Source: a virus
Lineage: Duplodnaviria > Caudoviricetes
IMG/VR virus record: IMGVR_UViG_3300032318_001575
Coordinates: 1 to 51,512 of that record
DNA length: 51,512 nucleotides
Reading direction: 5' to 3' (one strand)
The translations under genes were made by a program, and so were the position numbers. Positions 1-9,126 of the stretch are shown here, piece after piece. Below the pieces are notes generated by a model. That model ran no database searches and had not been told where the DNA came from. It saw only the letters and a program-made list of their open reading frames with translations. Each line of letters begins with the position of its first letter. Position 1 is the stretch's first letter.

Positions 1-123
1 AGTGCCGGCTGCAAGGTCTGGATATTGGACCAGAGGATGTTCAGTTTGTGTGACTGCTTGGCCTCATCAAAAGCATCGGTGCGCTTTCGATCGTCCTTGT
101 AGATTTTCAGGATGCGCTTGCAA
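1..123. repeat. Terminal direct repeat, left copy (identical to 51390-51512); probably the assembly overlap of a circular contig
   Basis: Bases 1-123 match the last 123 bases exactly; the portal reading frame runs through the junction. Confidence 0.95.
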
Positions 124-236
124 CGGTCGGAATACTCGCGAAAGATCTTCCTTGCCGCATCGATCTCGTCCATCCATCGTTTGAAGGTGGCGCGATCTTC
201 CTCCGCCTGCCGCTTTGGATCCACAACAGGCGCCAC
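1..236 (-). CDS. Portal protein, 5' part (continues across the junction into 49130-51512)
   Basis: GGAGG RBS then GTG at 236; reads MAPVVDPKRQAEEDRATFKRWMDEID...NILWSNIQTLQPALY, in frame with the 757-aa ORF at the other end; joined length 831 aa. Confidence 0.9.
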   Translation of the reverse strand, partial: MAPVVDPKRQAEEDRATFKRWMDEIDAARKIFREYSDRCKRILKIYKDDRKRTDAFDEAKQSHKLNILWSNIQTLQPA

Positions 237-239
237 GTA

Positions 240-554
240 TTACCTCCAGACAACGGTAAGATTGTCCGCCGCTGTGGTGACAATCGTGAGGCCTGTATCG
301 AAACCGACGCCGTACTCAAACACCTGTGCGTTGTCGAGCAACGTGGCTGGATTGGTGATTGTGGCGATGGCAGCACCTGAGCCTGCCGTGTTGTCGTAAA
401 CGGTGATTACGCCGCTGGCGACCTTCCGGTTGTTTACGATCCGGATCAGCGTTCCCATCCCGCTCTTGCAGGTTGTGGTGGTTGCGCTGCTGATGTTTGT
501 GTACTGAAAAGTATCGGGGCCTTCGCCGCCGGCGATTGTCGAAATCAATGGCAT
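240..554 (-). CDS. Small beta-rich putative virion protein
   Basis: 104-aa Thr/Gly-rich ORF with AGGAG RBS, directly upstream of portal. Confidence 0.65.
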   Translation of the reverse strand: MPLISTIAGGEGPDTFQYTNISSATTTTCKSGMGTLIRIVNNRKVASGVITVYDNTAGSGAAIATITNPATLLDNAQVFEYGVGFDTGLTIVTTAADNLTVVWR

Positions 555-563
555 ATAAAACTC

Positions 564-1208
564 CTAGCGCCTGCGGCCCGCATAAGGGTCATAGCTTTCC
601 ATGTATGGGTTAGGCAGCAAATCGTAGCCGCTATAGGGCTGTTGCTGATCTGGCTTTATGAGGTTGCCCGTTACACCCAACCCAACGCTTGCTGCACCGA
701 ACTTCGCCCCTCGCTTCAAGTCTTTCAAGTCAGGGGCAATGGACTTCGGTCGCTTTCCCCCTTTGCCAAGGCTCTTAAAATTCCGCTTAACCACGCGATA
801 AGCTGCAGGTATTCCTGCAACAGCGGCGCCGCCTGCTGCATAACGCATCGCGTCCGAAACAACCTGGCGCCCTGTAGGTGAAGCAAGGCCCTCGCCAACA
901 TCCCGCGCCGCATCACGCGCCGAAAGCACGCGGTCAAGTGTCCCGCGCACGGTTTCGTCCCCCGTTGCAAGACCTCCTGCGGCATATCCAGCACCAGCAC
1001 CCGAAACCGTTCCGATGTTGGAAAACCGATCCGCGCGAAGTTCCCTGGATGTTTTGCCGCCGCCCTTTTTCTTCTTTCCAGCCTTGCCCTTTTTTCCAAC
1101 TTTGCCGGCGAGCCTGCGGCCAATAAGGCGACCACCCGCACCGCCCACGCTAGCAATGACGTAAGGCGTGTAATCCGTGTCGTCGTCATCGTATTCATAC
1201 CCGGACAT
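564..1208 (-). CDS. Glycine-zipper/basic accessory protein (tandem-unit member of a paralogous family)
   Basis: Acidic N-terminus (DDDDTDYTP), four Gly/Ala hydrophobic segments alternating with Lys-rich tracts, ends GRRR. Confidence 0.7.
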   Translation of the reverse strand: MSGYEYDDDDTDYTPYVIASVGGAGGRLIGRRLAGKVGKKGKAGKKKKGGGKTSRELRADRFSNIGTVSGAGAGYAAGGLATGDETVRGTLDRVLSARDAARDVGEGLASPTGRQVVSDAMRYAAGGAAVAGIPAAYRVVKRNFKSLGKGGKRPKSIAPDLKDLKRGAKFGAASVGLGVTGNLIKPDQQQPYSGYDLLPNPYMESYDPYAGRRR

Positions 1209-1359
1209 TATCTTGTCACCTTCTGGGGATTTGCGGCAGCGGCTGTCAGGAAATCAGAGCTAAACCGAGCGGTAAGTGTGTTCCTGCGCTCCACGCCGCC
1301 GCAATTTTGCCAAACTTGGCCCATTGTGTTTTCATGGCTTCAGCCAAAAGGAGACCACT

Positions 1360-1548
1360 ATGAAAAAACTGATTGCAGGCGTTGTTTTCAGTCTGGCCAC
1401 TGTCGGCGCGGCTCATGCCAGCGTGGCGTTTTTCAAATACTCATACGTCGATGGGCTTAACCGCATCTGCGTGTATGACCACCTTGGCAGCAAATACATC
1501 ATTACCATCCCGGCCGCGCACGTTTGCCCGGTCACCCTCAAAGTGTAG
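1360..1548 (+). CDS. Small secreted moron protein (signal peptide plus 42-aa mature peptide with 2 Cys)
   Basis: AAGGAG RBS; MKKLIAGVVFSLATVGAAHA signal peptide with AxA cleavage site; antisense to the late operon. Confidence 0.75.
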   Translation: MKKLIAGVVFSLATVGAAHASVAFFKYSYVDGLNRICVYDHLGSKYIITIPAAHVCPVTLKV

Positions 1549-1556
1549 CCTGACAA

Positions 1557-2624
1557 TCAAGGTGCAGGCTTGCGAATGGCAGGCCTGCCCTTCACTCTTG
1601 CCCGACGCTCCATCTCCGCACGGGCGTTGATACGATCGGCCGCAGACATGGTGGAAGCATAAGACCCGGCAGCGCTCGCCTGAGGCCCGGTTTCCATGAC
1701 ACCCTGCACTGCCCTTCGCCCCACGCTCATCGAAGGCCCGATCTCTTCGATCTCGATGCGCGTTACCGCGCCCGTCTTTGGATCCCGCGTGACACCAAGC
1801 ACGCGATAACTCGCATTCGGGTTGGTTATGATTTCCTGCTCGTCCGGCGCAAGCCACCGCGCGTCACGTCCGGACTTGTTCCGGATAACAATCATCGGCC
1901 CCTTGTTGCCAACCTCGCCGGCAAATCTCTGCGCCGTCTCCGGCCTTGCAGATGAACTCATGGGGCGGCCCGGCTTGAACACATCCCCAGGCTTCAGGCC
2001 CTGCATACGATCGGCAAAGGCATCAGCAGGCTGTGCCCTGTAGCTTGTCCCCGACCATCGGGGCAGCGTCTCAGCAGCCCGGCCCGCAGCCGCTGGGTCT
2101 TTCACCAGCATCTGCCCAGAGCCATCCGCGGAGCCTATGAATTGACGCATGGCCGCGTTGGACGCCGGATACCTGACCCGGTGGTAAATCTGGTAGGGAA
2201 GCCTGCCGATCGCAGGGCCAATCAGACCGCCCGCAGCCGTAGCCCCGGCACCGAGCATTGTATTCCACGTCCGCCGCTCCGCCTGCTGTTTATCGCTTCC
2301 CTGCCCCGGATCGCGCGCCGCACCCGCAAGAGCACCGGCGGCTGTCATGGGCAGGATGCGCCCACCCATTGCCGCGGGCCCAAGCGGCCCTGCAGACAGC
2401 ATCGCCCGGGGAACCTCTGCCGCAAAGTTGGCAAAGTCATTGCCCTCAAGATCGTCAAAGGCTTCCTGATAGGCAGGAAGGCCAGCCGCTTGTGTCAGGC
2501 CCCTTGCCAGCCCGCGCTCGCCAAACCAGTCGTTGGCCGCCAGATCGACACCGCGCGCCAATGGGTAGGCAATGTTCCGCTCCGCCCAATTCAGGTCGCC
2601 CTTGCGAAACTTCTTCTTTCCCAT
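1557..2624 (-). CDS. Putative ADP-ribosyltransferase (R-S-E class) fused to a Gly/Ala-rich, ejection-protein-like N-terminus
   Basis: C-terminal motifs SYR...MSSS...A.RFA...EQEII....SYRV in canonical ART order and spacing; GxxxG hydrophobic segments upstream. Confidence 0.75.
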   Translation of the reverse strand: MGKKKFRKGDLNWAERNIAYPLARGVDLAANDWFGERGLARGLTQAAGLPAYQEAFDDLEGNDFANFAAEVPRAMLSAGPLGPAAMGGRILPMTAAGALAGAARDPGQGSDKQQAERRTWNTMLGAGATAAGGLIGPAIGRLPYQIYHRVRYPASNAAMRQFIGSADGSGQMLVKDPAAAGRAAETLPRWSGTSYRAQPADAFADRMQGLKPGDVFKPGRPMSSSARPETAQRFAGEVGNKGPMIVIRNKSGRDARWLAPDEQEIITNPNASYRVLGVTRDPKTGAVTRIEIEEIGPSMSVGRRAVQGVMETGPQASAAGSYASTMSAADRINARAEMERRARVKGRPAIRKPAP

Positions 2625-2625
2625 G

Positions 2626-4080
2626 TCAGAGCCTTGATCCTCGCAATTGCGCCTGTCGCTTCCAGAGCTGATCGATCGTCATGCTCTCAAGCCCCTTGAG
2701 CGGCACGTCGCCCTTCGGAACAGCCTTTGTCCAGGGCCTCGAGGCGCACGCGTATCTCAGGCAGTCAACCGCGTGGTCCTCGCTGTTGGTGTCCAGATCC
2801 TCAACCCTGGCAGCATCGTGCTGAACCAAGGGCAGTGTCCGGATTGTGTCGCGGCACGTGTCAAAGAACACGATCATCGGCCTGTCAGGGGCCTCCCCGT
2901 CCAGCCTGTGGCGGACAAGATCCCAACCCGCTATGTGGCCCAAAGCCCCGATCCGCTTGTTATCGGCCGGCCGGAACGAAACTTCATAAGGTTTGTATCT
3001 CAGCCGCTCGGCAATGGACGGACCGCCGTCCTGCGCGAATGCAGCCGGATCCAGCACCCCGTAGTCAATGTTTGGGTCTAGTGCTTCACGCTCAGAAATT
3101 CCACGAGCAACAACTTCAGCGTTGAGCTTGAGACCGACGTTTGGACTGCTAGCACCGTACCATTCTCGATATTGCACAAGTCCACCACGAGGAAGGGTTC
3201 TCCCGTCCCCAAGCGCATGGTCGTCTCCAGCAACAGCGTACCATCCGACACAGAAAGGCGCGGCGCTTCCCCAGTCCATGGCGCGGAACCTTGTCCACGT
3301 GGCAGGGATTTGGAACGGTCTGACAACGTGCCTCGCCATGCTGAAATTGTCGAAAAACGCGCCCTCAATGACAGCCCAGTCACCCTCAAGCCAGGCGCGC
3401 ACCAACTCCTTGGAGCCAGTTAGCTTCAGGCGATCCACGTAGCCGGGATCGCTCTTTAGCAGAATCTTGTTATCGGCGACTCTGGCCGGAATGAAGACGC
3501 GTTGCTTGCGGCCGCTTTCATCCTCAAGAGCCGAGTATCCTCCAGGCGCCCCATCAATGTATCTATGCTTTACCCAATGGTGGCCAGGCCCACCTGGGTT
3601 CGCCGTTGCTCGAAAGCCTACCCTGACCCCGTAAGCACTTCGCAGCGTAGCCTTCATTTTGTCCGGCGCTTTTGGACTAGGCCAGTTCGAAAGTTCTTCG
3701 AGATACACCCGGGAAAATTGCTGCCCCTGATATTTCTCTGCGTCCCTATCATCTTCCAGCGGGCGGAACCTCAAGATCGCACCGCTTGGGGCGGTCCACT
3801 GACGCTCCATTTTGTGAAACGACCAGCCCAACGGACCGAAAACATCGTGGCTGCGATCAATTAGAGAATCCGCTTGCGGCATCTCTCGTCTCATAAAAAC
3901 GCCGCGCGCGTGTTTTCCATATTGTTTTTCGTGAATAGCAAACTCACCGAGGCAGGCATCGGTCTTCCCACCGCCTCGGGCTCCGCCAAACAAAACGTCA
4001 AAGAATTTGCATTTTACAAACGCTTGCTGCGGGCCACGCTGCGGCCTCCAGACAACAACGGCGGATTCATCTCTTGCCAT
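2626..4080 (-). CDS. terL: Terminase large subunit
   Basis: Walker A GGARGGGKT, Walker B VYLEE, ATANPGG motif, nuclease AMDWG and EDHAVDCLRY. Confidence 0.95.
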   Translation of the reverse strand: MARDESAVVVWRPQRGPQQAFVKCKFFDVLFGGARGGGKTDACLGEFAIHEKQYGKHARGVFMRREMPQADSLIDRSHDVFGPLGWSFHKMERQWTAPSGAILRFRPLEDDRDAEKYQGQQFSRVYLEELSNWPSPKAPDKMKATLRSAYGVRVGFRATANPGGPGHHWVKHRYIDGAPGGYSALEDESGRKQRVFIPARVADNKILLKSDPGYVDRLKLTGSKELVRAWLEGDWAVIEGAFFDNFSMARHVVRPFQIPATWTRFRAMDWGSAAPFCVGWYAVAGDDHALGDGRTLPRGGLVQYREWYGASSPNVGLKLNAEVVARGISEREALDPNIDYGVLDPAAFAQDGGPSIAERLRYKPYEVSFRPADNKRIGALGHIAGWDLVRHRLDGEAPDRPMIVFFDTCRDTIRTLPLVQHDAARVEDLDTNSEDHAVDCLRYACASRPWTKAVPKGDVPLKGLESMTIDQLWKRQAQLRGSRL

Positions 4081-4447
4081 TGCCAAATTCTGCTAACCAA
4101 GAGGAATCGTCCTCCTCGTCTGTTGGCTTTGCCTCCGGTTCAGGTTCGTCGCTCACAGTTGCGTTTATGTTTTCAACGGTGATCTTGTCGCGCCACCCCG
4201 CACGGACTTTTAGCCAAAAAATTGCCGCTGCCACGTTGTTACCGGCCGTGGCCTGATTAAATAGGCTTTGAGCCACCCTCGCATTTGCGTGAACAAACGC
4301 GGTGTCCAACTCTCTGCGGTAATGCTTGCGCAGCGTCTTCGGGTCAATGTCGAGAACGCGCGCAATGTCCACTTCAGGAATGCCGTAGCCGCACATGGCC
4401 TCAACGGTCTTGCGCTGCTCTTCTGTTGGATTGTGGGGCGGGTTCAC
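4067..4447 (-). CDS. terS: Terminase small subunit
   Basis: N-terminal HTH (IARVLDIDPKTLRKHY), AAIFWLKVRAGW motif, overlaps the terL start. Confidence 0.85.
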   Translation of the reverse strand: MNPPHNPTEEQRKTVEAMCGYGIPEVDIARVLDIDPKTLRKHYRRELDTAFVHANARVAQSLFNQATAGNNVAAAIFWLKVRAGWRDKITVENINATVSDEPEPEAKPTDEEDDSSWLAEFGNGKR

Positions 4448-5664
4448 TGCACGCGCTCCCGCTCAACTGTCTTGAAGGTCTTGTCCGTGCCCTCAAGAGT
4501 TGCGTCTAAGCCGGTGAAGGCTTCCCACCTGCGGACCGCGATGTCCACATAAGCGGGGTTTAATTCTATGGCGTGGCAAGACCGCCCCGTTATCTCGGCA
4601 GCTATTATCGTCGTGCCGCTTCCGCTAAATGGCTCGTATACGGCCTGGCCGGGGCTGCTGTTGTTCTCTATGGGGCGCTTCATGCACTCGACGGGCTTCT
4701 GGGTGCCGTGGCCGTGGCCACCGTCCTCGCGCGCTTTGATGTTCCAGATAGTCGTCTTGTCGCGCCCGCCGCCCCAGTGTCCCGTCCCACCCTTCTTGAC
4801 CGCATACCAGCAAGGCTCATGCTGGAAGTGGTAGTGGCCCCGGCCCAACGTCATGCGGTCCTTCGACCAGATAATCTGCGCTCGCATGCTGAAACCGCAG
4901 ACCTCTAGGCTTTCGACCACCTCTCTGGCACGCAGACCTGCGTGCCAGATGTAGGCGACGTCGCCAGGAAATAGCGCCCACGCCTCGCGCCAATCGGCGC
5001 GGTGGTCATTGAGCACCCTGCCTGCCTTGGCCGCGTTGTTGCTGGTGCGCGTCGGGTCGTACTCCACACCATAAGGCGGGTCCGTGACCATCAGGTGCGG
5101 GGATACGCCATTCAGCGCCTTGGCTACGTCGTCAGCCTTCGTGCTGTCGCCGCAGACAATCCGGTGCTTGCCCAGAAGCCAGACCTCGCCCAAGTCCGTA
5201 ACCACCTTGGCCTGCTCTTCCGGCGTATCGTCCGGGTCAGTCAGGCCCGCCGTCTGCTTGGCAAGGACGCGCCCGATCTCTTCCGGGCTGAACCCGGTAA
5301 GACCGAGGTCGTAATTCAGCGCCTGTAACTCCTCAAATTCCACGCCCAGCATCTGGAAGTCCCAGCCCGCGTTCAAGGCCAGCTTATTATCGGCGATGAT
5401 ATACGCCCGCTTCTGCGCTTCGGTCAGGGCTGACAGTTCGACGGTAGGGACGTCAGAAAGGCCCAGCTTGCGCGCTGCGAGTACACGCCCGTGCCCCGCG
5501 ATAATTCCGTTCTTGCCGTCCGTAATAACCGGATTTGTAAAACCAAACTCCCGGATACTTGCTGCGATCTGTGCCACCTGCTCATCGCTATGCGTCCTAG
5601 CATTGCGGGCGTAAGGTATCAAATCCGAGACTTTTGCTATTTTGTAGGGAGGGAATTTGCTCAT
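4444..5664 (-). CDS. ParB-N domain / N6-adenine or N4-cytosine DNA methyltransferase fusion
   Basis: ParB-like LIPYARNARTHS...IIAGHGR; catalytic TDPPY; HGTQKP; SAM-binding PFSGSGTT. Confidence 0.9.
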   Translation of the reverse strand: MSKFPPYKIAKVSDLIPYARNARTHSDEQVAQIAASIREFGFTNPVITDGKNGIIAGHGRVLAARKLGLSDVPTVELSALTEAQKRAYIIADNKLALNAGWDFQMLGVEFEELQALNYDLGLTGFSPEEIGRVLAKQTAGLTDPDDTPEEQAKVVTDLGEVWLLGKHRIVCGDSTKADDVAKALNGVSPHLMVTDPPYGVEYDPTRTSNNAAKAGRVLNDHRADWREAWALFPGDVAYIWHAGLRAREVVESLEVCGFSMRAQIIWSKDRMTLGRGHYHFQHEPCWYAVKKGGTGHWGGGRDKTTIWNIKAREDGGHGHGTQKPVECMKRPIENNSSPGQAVYEPFSGSGTTIIAAEITGRSCHAIELNPAYVDIAVRRWEAFTGLDATLEGTDKTFKTVERERVQ

Positions 5665-5717
5665 TGTCTCGCCTCCATAAGCTTGCACGCTAAGGTGTGC
5701 CTATGGGTTGCTGGTTC

Positions 5718-5755
5718 AAAAGAAAACGCCCCAGCCGCGGCTAACGGTGGGGCGT
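5718..5755 (-). terminator. Intrinsic terminator in the late leader (tR'-like)
   Basis: Minus strand ACGCCCCA...TGGGGCGT stem followed by TTTCTTTT, between the late regulator and the first late gene. Confidence 0.7.
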
Positions 5756-5905
5756 GATTTGACTGTTTATGAAAGCTTCGTTGGAGCGAAGCCTTTACTG
5801 CCTGGAAACCCGCGCGGCGATACCGGGAAAAGATAAATCGCCTACGCTGCACAATTCATCTCACAAGCATTTTTAACAAACAAGCGGTGCAATGTTAAAA
5901 CTGCA

Positions 5906-6445
5906 CTACTTGATCAACCCGTAGTGCTTGCCCAAGGCCTCGCAGCATCGGACCAGCAGTGTAAGGGCTTCGTTTGGGGTTCCCATGCCAGAGGATTGAA
6001 AGTAGGGGCCGGCGTGTTTTCCATCGACCGCTACCGCCTCAATCAAGGCAACCGCCCGCTTGTTTATTTTGGCGAGCAAGGCAATGGCGTGATCGCGTCT
6101 GGCCTGTGCTGCCAGCCGCACGTCGCTGATCTCGGACTTGCCGCCGGTCACCCTCTGATCGTAATTGCCGATGCAGGGGGGGAACGCGCCGGCCAGATAA
6201 GCGTCATCGCGATAGCGTACCAAAGCATCTGCGTGCGGCTGGATCAGGTAATGGCGCTTGATGTACCATTCTATGTTGTCTTCCATCCTTATCCGTTTGC
6301 TGCGACGGTCATTGGGGTTGAGCTGCTCAATGACCCAGGACGCTTGCCTGCGCGCTTCGGGGGTGCCGAAATCGCTTTCGTCTGCCTCGGTCGGTTTTGC
6401 CTTGCCGCGGGTCATTGCAGGGTTCATCCCTCGCCGTTTTTGCAT
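5906..6445 (-). CDS. Putative late-gene regulator, DUF6456/GafA-like
   Basis: Pattern D.RLAAQARR..A...LIEAVAVDG...L..LGKHYGL resembles DUF6456 as I recall it; occupies the Q position at the end of the early-right operon. Confidence 0.6.
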   Translation of the reverse strand: MQKRRGMNPAMTRGKAKPTEADESDFGTPEARRQASWVIEQLNPNDRRSKRIRMEDNIEWYIKRHYLIQPHADALVRYRDDAYLAGAFPPCIGNYDQRVTGGKSEISDVRLAAQARRDHAIALLAKINKRAVALIEAVAVDGKHAGPYFQSSGMGTPNEALTLLVRCCEALGKHYGLIK

Positions 6446-6451
6446 GGCATG

Positions 6452-7324
6452 TCAGGAACCAACGATGGGAAAGTCTTCGTCCACACTACGCCACGTCAAC
6501 ACTTTGCAAACCCGTCCCTCATGCCAAAAGTTGAATGCTTTGATGAGGAGTGCGGCCACATCTACCGCGTCCAAGGGGCGACCGTCAGCAGACCTGATAC
6601 ATCTGTTCCTGAAGGCAAGGATCGGGCTGTCAGCAAGCAAGCCAATACCAGAGGAAACCTTCGTGAAAAACTCTTGAGGCTCACTCTCACCCATGCGCTG
6701 CCGGATTTTGTACACGCCGGAAGCGAGGCCGGCAACGCTTCCGGCCTTCCCAATGTTTCGGGATATTTCCTTGGCTATCTTTGCACTTTCCACCAAGTCT
6801 GGGCATTTTTGGGCGTAACTCAAAATCTCATGCTTTGAGGCGTTAACGCTGCGCACAGTCTTAAACCCGCTCTCGACGGCCATAAGAACCTTCGCCGCTG
6901 ACGCAAGGTTGGTCCCGTTCGGGTATCCGGCAATCTCAAATATGTTGCCTGCCGTTCTTCCACGGCCCACGTCGATGCGGTCAAACGCTTCCGTGGCAAC
7001 GCCAAACGCAAAATCGAATTTCGCCGAGACCCCGGATGCCCTCACCGCCATAAGCCGATGCTGCCCATCCAACAAGCGGCCCGACCTGTCCAACTTGATG
7101 GTGTCGCCCGTTTCTACCCATTCACCAAGCGACATCGAGTTGGCCAGGACTTCAACGTGCCGTGAATTTAAGTTCCGGTTCCCGTCGTTGTTCTCAAGCA
7201 CCACTCCAGCGTCTTCTGGCGTGACCAACACTGATGGGATTATTACACGCTGATTTTTTGCTAAATTGATTTGCTTGCCGAGCCAATTTTTGAAGTTGTG
7301 CTCTTTGATGTCTACAACTGACAT
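6452..7324 (-). CDS. ParB-like (DGQHR) nuclease-fold protein
   Basis: NRNLN...LLDGQHRLMA motif; GGAGA RBS before ATG 7324. Confidence 0.75.
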   Translation of the reverse strand: MSVVDIKEHNFKNWLGKQINLAKNQRVIIPSVLVTPEDAGVVLENNDGNRNLNSRHVEVLANSMSLGEWVETGDTIKLDRSGRLLDGQHRLMAVRASGVSAKFDFAFGVATEAFDRIDVGRGRTAGNIFEIAGYPNGTNLASAAKVLMAVESGFKTVRSVNASKHEILSYAQKCPDLVESAKIAKEISRNIGKAGSVAGLASGVYKIRQRMGESEPQEFFTKVSSGIGLLADSPILAFRNRCIRSADGRPLDAVDVAALLIKAFNFWHEGRVCKVLTWRSVDEDFPIVGS

Positions 7325-7401
7325 TGCTTTCTCCGTTGATTGCCCGGAAGCCATCCGAGTTGCGGTTATTTCAAACTGGTCGCAGGTCATAGGGCTACAG
7401 T

Positions 7402-7632
7402 TCAGCCCACGCCGTTTTCAGCATGGCTCTCAGATTCAATTACAGAGTCACTGGCGGGCGAAAGCGCCCTGACCCTTCCCACCCTACCCCGGCGCTGCTT
7501 TTGCCCGCCTGCGGCCTTCTGTGAGTCATTGAGGCCCCTTGTGGCTATGGCATGAAGGTTCGCTGCTTTCTGCCAGGGGGTCTTGGTGTGGTCTTGGACG
7601 ATTTCCAGAAACAGTTCGAAACTTACGGTCAT
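7402..7632 (-). CDS. Hypothetical protein
   Basis: GGAGAG RBS, co-oriented within operon. Confidence 0.45.
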   Translation of the reverse strand: MTVSFELFLEIVQDHTKTPWQKAANLHAIATRGLNDSQKAAGGQKQRRGRVGRVRALSPASDSVIESESHAENGVG

Positions 7633-7654
7633 GGTTTGGCTCTCCGTGGGGGTG

Positions 7655-8380
7655 CTATCCCGGCTGCCGGCCGGTGCGGGCTTGGTAGTCAAGCAGGTAC
7701 TGCTGGTAGTCGGGGTCGTGGAACACGGCGGCGAAGGCGCGAATGCCATCGCCGTGGCGGCTGATGATTTGGCGCAGTTGCGCGTAGCCAGCAAGATCCG
7801 CTGTTCGATCAACCTTGCTACGCGCCGCTGGTACAAAACAATTCTTCAGTCCGGTGGGAACCGTCCACCCTTGCGCTTCTGTCGCGTAGCAAACCTTGCG
7901 GCCCATGCCGTCACGGGTCGGGACCATCGCCCCCTCTGCCGCCCGCACCAGGTTCTCGATGCGCTCCCAGTCCTTGAAGTCCCCGGCGGCACCCGCCGCC
8001 GCCTCCAACTGCGACTGCCACCCGGAAACTTGCTGCATGCTGGCAATCAGCCTTGCAATCATCACGCGGTCCCCGGGCTGCTGCCGGCGATAGCTCTCAA
8101 GCAAACCCTGGTCCTCCAACCAACCGTCAACCAGCGTGTGATTGATCTTGCCGCCGATTTGGTCGGGAACCTGCTCCCGCTCGCCGCGCATCTTGCGCAA
8201 CGTCTCGATGCTGATCCGCTTGCCGTTGTGTCCCCGCTTCAGCCGATCGATGATCTCTGATCGATCTGAGCGGTCCCACTGGTCGATCTCGTCCGACAGC
8301 AACGCGCGCCACTTGTCCGCCGGCTGAAAGGATTTGGGCCAGAGAGCCAATACCGTCGCCACTGCCTCAAGCGTGTCCAT
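7655..8380 (-). CDS. Replication-associated protein (helicase-loader position)
   Basis: GGAGG RBS, overlaps the initiator 3' end; function inferred from position only. Confidence 0.5.
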   Translation of the reverse strand: MDTLEAVATVLALWPKSFQPADKWRALLSDEIDQWDRSDRSEIIDRLKRGHNGKRISIETLRKMRGEREQVPDQIGGKINHTLVDGWLEDQGLLESYRRQQPGDRVMIARLIASMQQVSGWQSQLEAAAGAAGDFKDWERIENLVRAAEGAMVPTRDGMGRKVCYATEAQGWTVPTGLKNCFVPAARSKVDRTADLAGYAQLRQIISRHGDGIRAFAAVFHDPDYQQYLLDYQARTGRQPG

Positions 8381-9122
8381 TTCCAGACCTCCTGAATTTT
8401 TGTTCCTCAACCTTCACGAAATTGCGCGGCTCCATCAGCCAATCGAAATCAATCCGCCAGCCGCGATCGTTGCGGCCTAGCAGGAAGGGTTGATCGGGAA
8501 CCCTCTCGATGGTGGTGATCAGATTTGGAAGCCCAACCTCTCGCGCCCGGGCCAAGACCTTCTGCCGGCGCGCACGGGTCATCCGCTGGATGGTGGGCAG
8601 CCCATGCTCCTCGGCCATCCCGTTCCAGCTGTTGCCCACCAGCGCCGCATCATCGGCGCCAAGCCCGTAAGGGTTATCTTCCCCGTCCGAGCCCTTATCG
8701 GCTCCATCCTGGTCTTCAGGGAGGGGGGGAACTTGTTCCCCAATGCCAATAAGCTTATTGGCACTATTCTCTTTCTCTTCTCTGTCTCTGTCTCTGTCTC
8801 TAGGCAAGCATTCTGCTAGCGGGGTGCTAGCGTCATTGTCCTCATAAGCGAAAAAGCCAGCTGAAATCAGAGGCTTAACCGCTTCCACAAAGTCAGGCTC
8901 CGACATCCTTAGCCGAAAGGCCACTTTTTTAATGGGGTCTTCGATTGTTCCGTTGCTGTATTCACTCGCTAGCAGCCAGAGCATGGGCGCTAGCGCCTTG
9001 CTAGCAACCGGCAAGCAATGGAACTCGTAGTCATCCAACAGGTTCTTGTGCAGCTTGATCCACACGGGTCGGCGCTCCTTGTAGTGCTGGAAATCGTCCC
9101 AGTTGCGGGGGGTGAGTTTCAT
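8367..9122 (-). CDS. Phage replication initiator (lambda O-like)
   Basis: N-terminal NWDDFQHYK..RPVWIKLH, central charged linker, C-terminal FLLG.NDRGW.IDFDWLM. Confidence 0.8.
   Translation of the reverse strand: MKLTPRNWDDFQHYKERRPVWIKLHKNLLDDYEFHCLPVASKALAPMLWLLASEYSNGTIEDPIKKVAFRLRMSEPDFVEAVKPLISAGFFAYEDNDASTPLAECLPRDRDRDREEKENSANKLIGIGEQVPPLPEDQDGADKGSDGEDNPYGLGADDAALVGNSWNGMAEEHGLPTIQRMTRARRQKVLARAREVGLPNLITTIERVPDQPFLLGRNDRGWRIDFDWLMEPRNFVKVEEQKFRRSGNGHA
8779..9005. other. Candidate replication origin inside the initiator gene
   Basis: Five GCTAGC sites (8815, 8826, 8968, 8989, 9000) and a TCTCTG purine/pyrimidine-skewed tract, as in lambdoid origins. Confidence 0.45.
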
Positions 9123-9126
9123 TGGC

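Noticed and set aside
1-123. Biological direct terminal repeat
   Set aside because: It falls in the middle of the portal ORF, which is what an assembler overlap of a circular or permuted genome looks like; no evidence for real termini
4444-5664. Restriction-modification or novel defence system from the two methyltransferases
   Set aside because: No cognate endonuclease next to either; ParB-methylase before terS and orphan C5 methylases are common in temperate phages
5924-6838. Long plus-strand ORF (304 aa) and similar antisense ORFs (e.g. 15364-16176, 27941-28825, 40839-41648)
   Set aside because: Shadows of well-supported genes on the opposite strand in GC-rich DNA; no motifs or clear RBS
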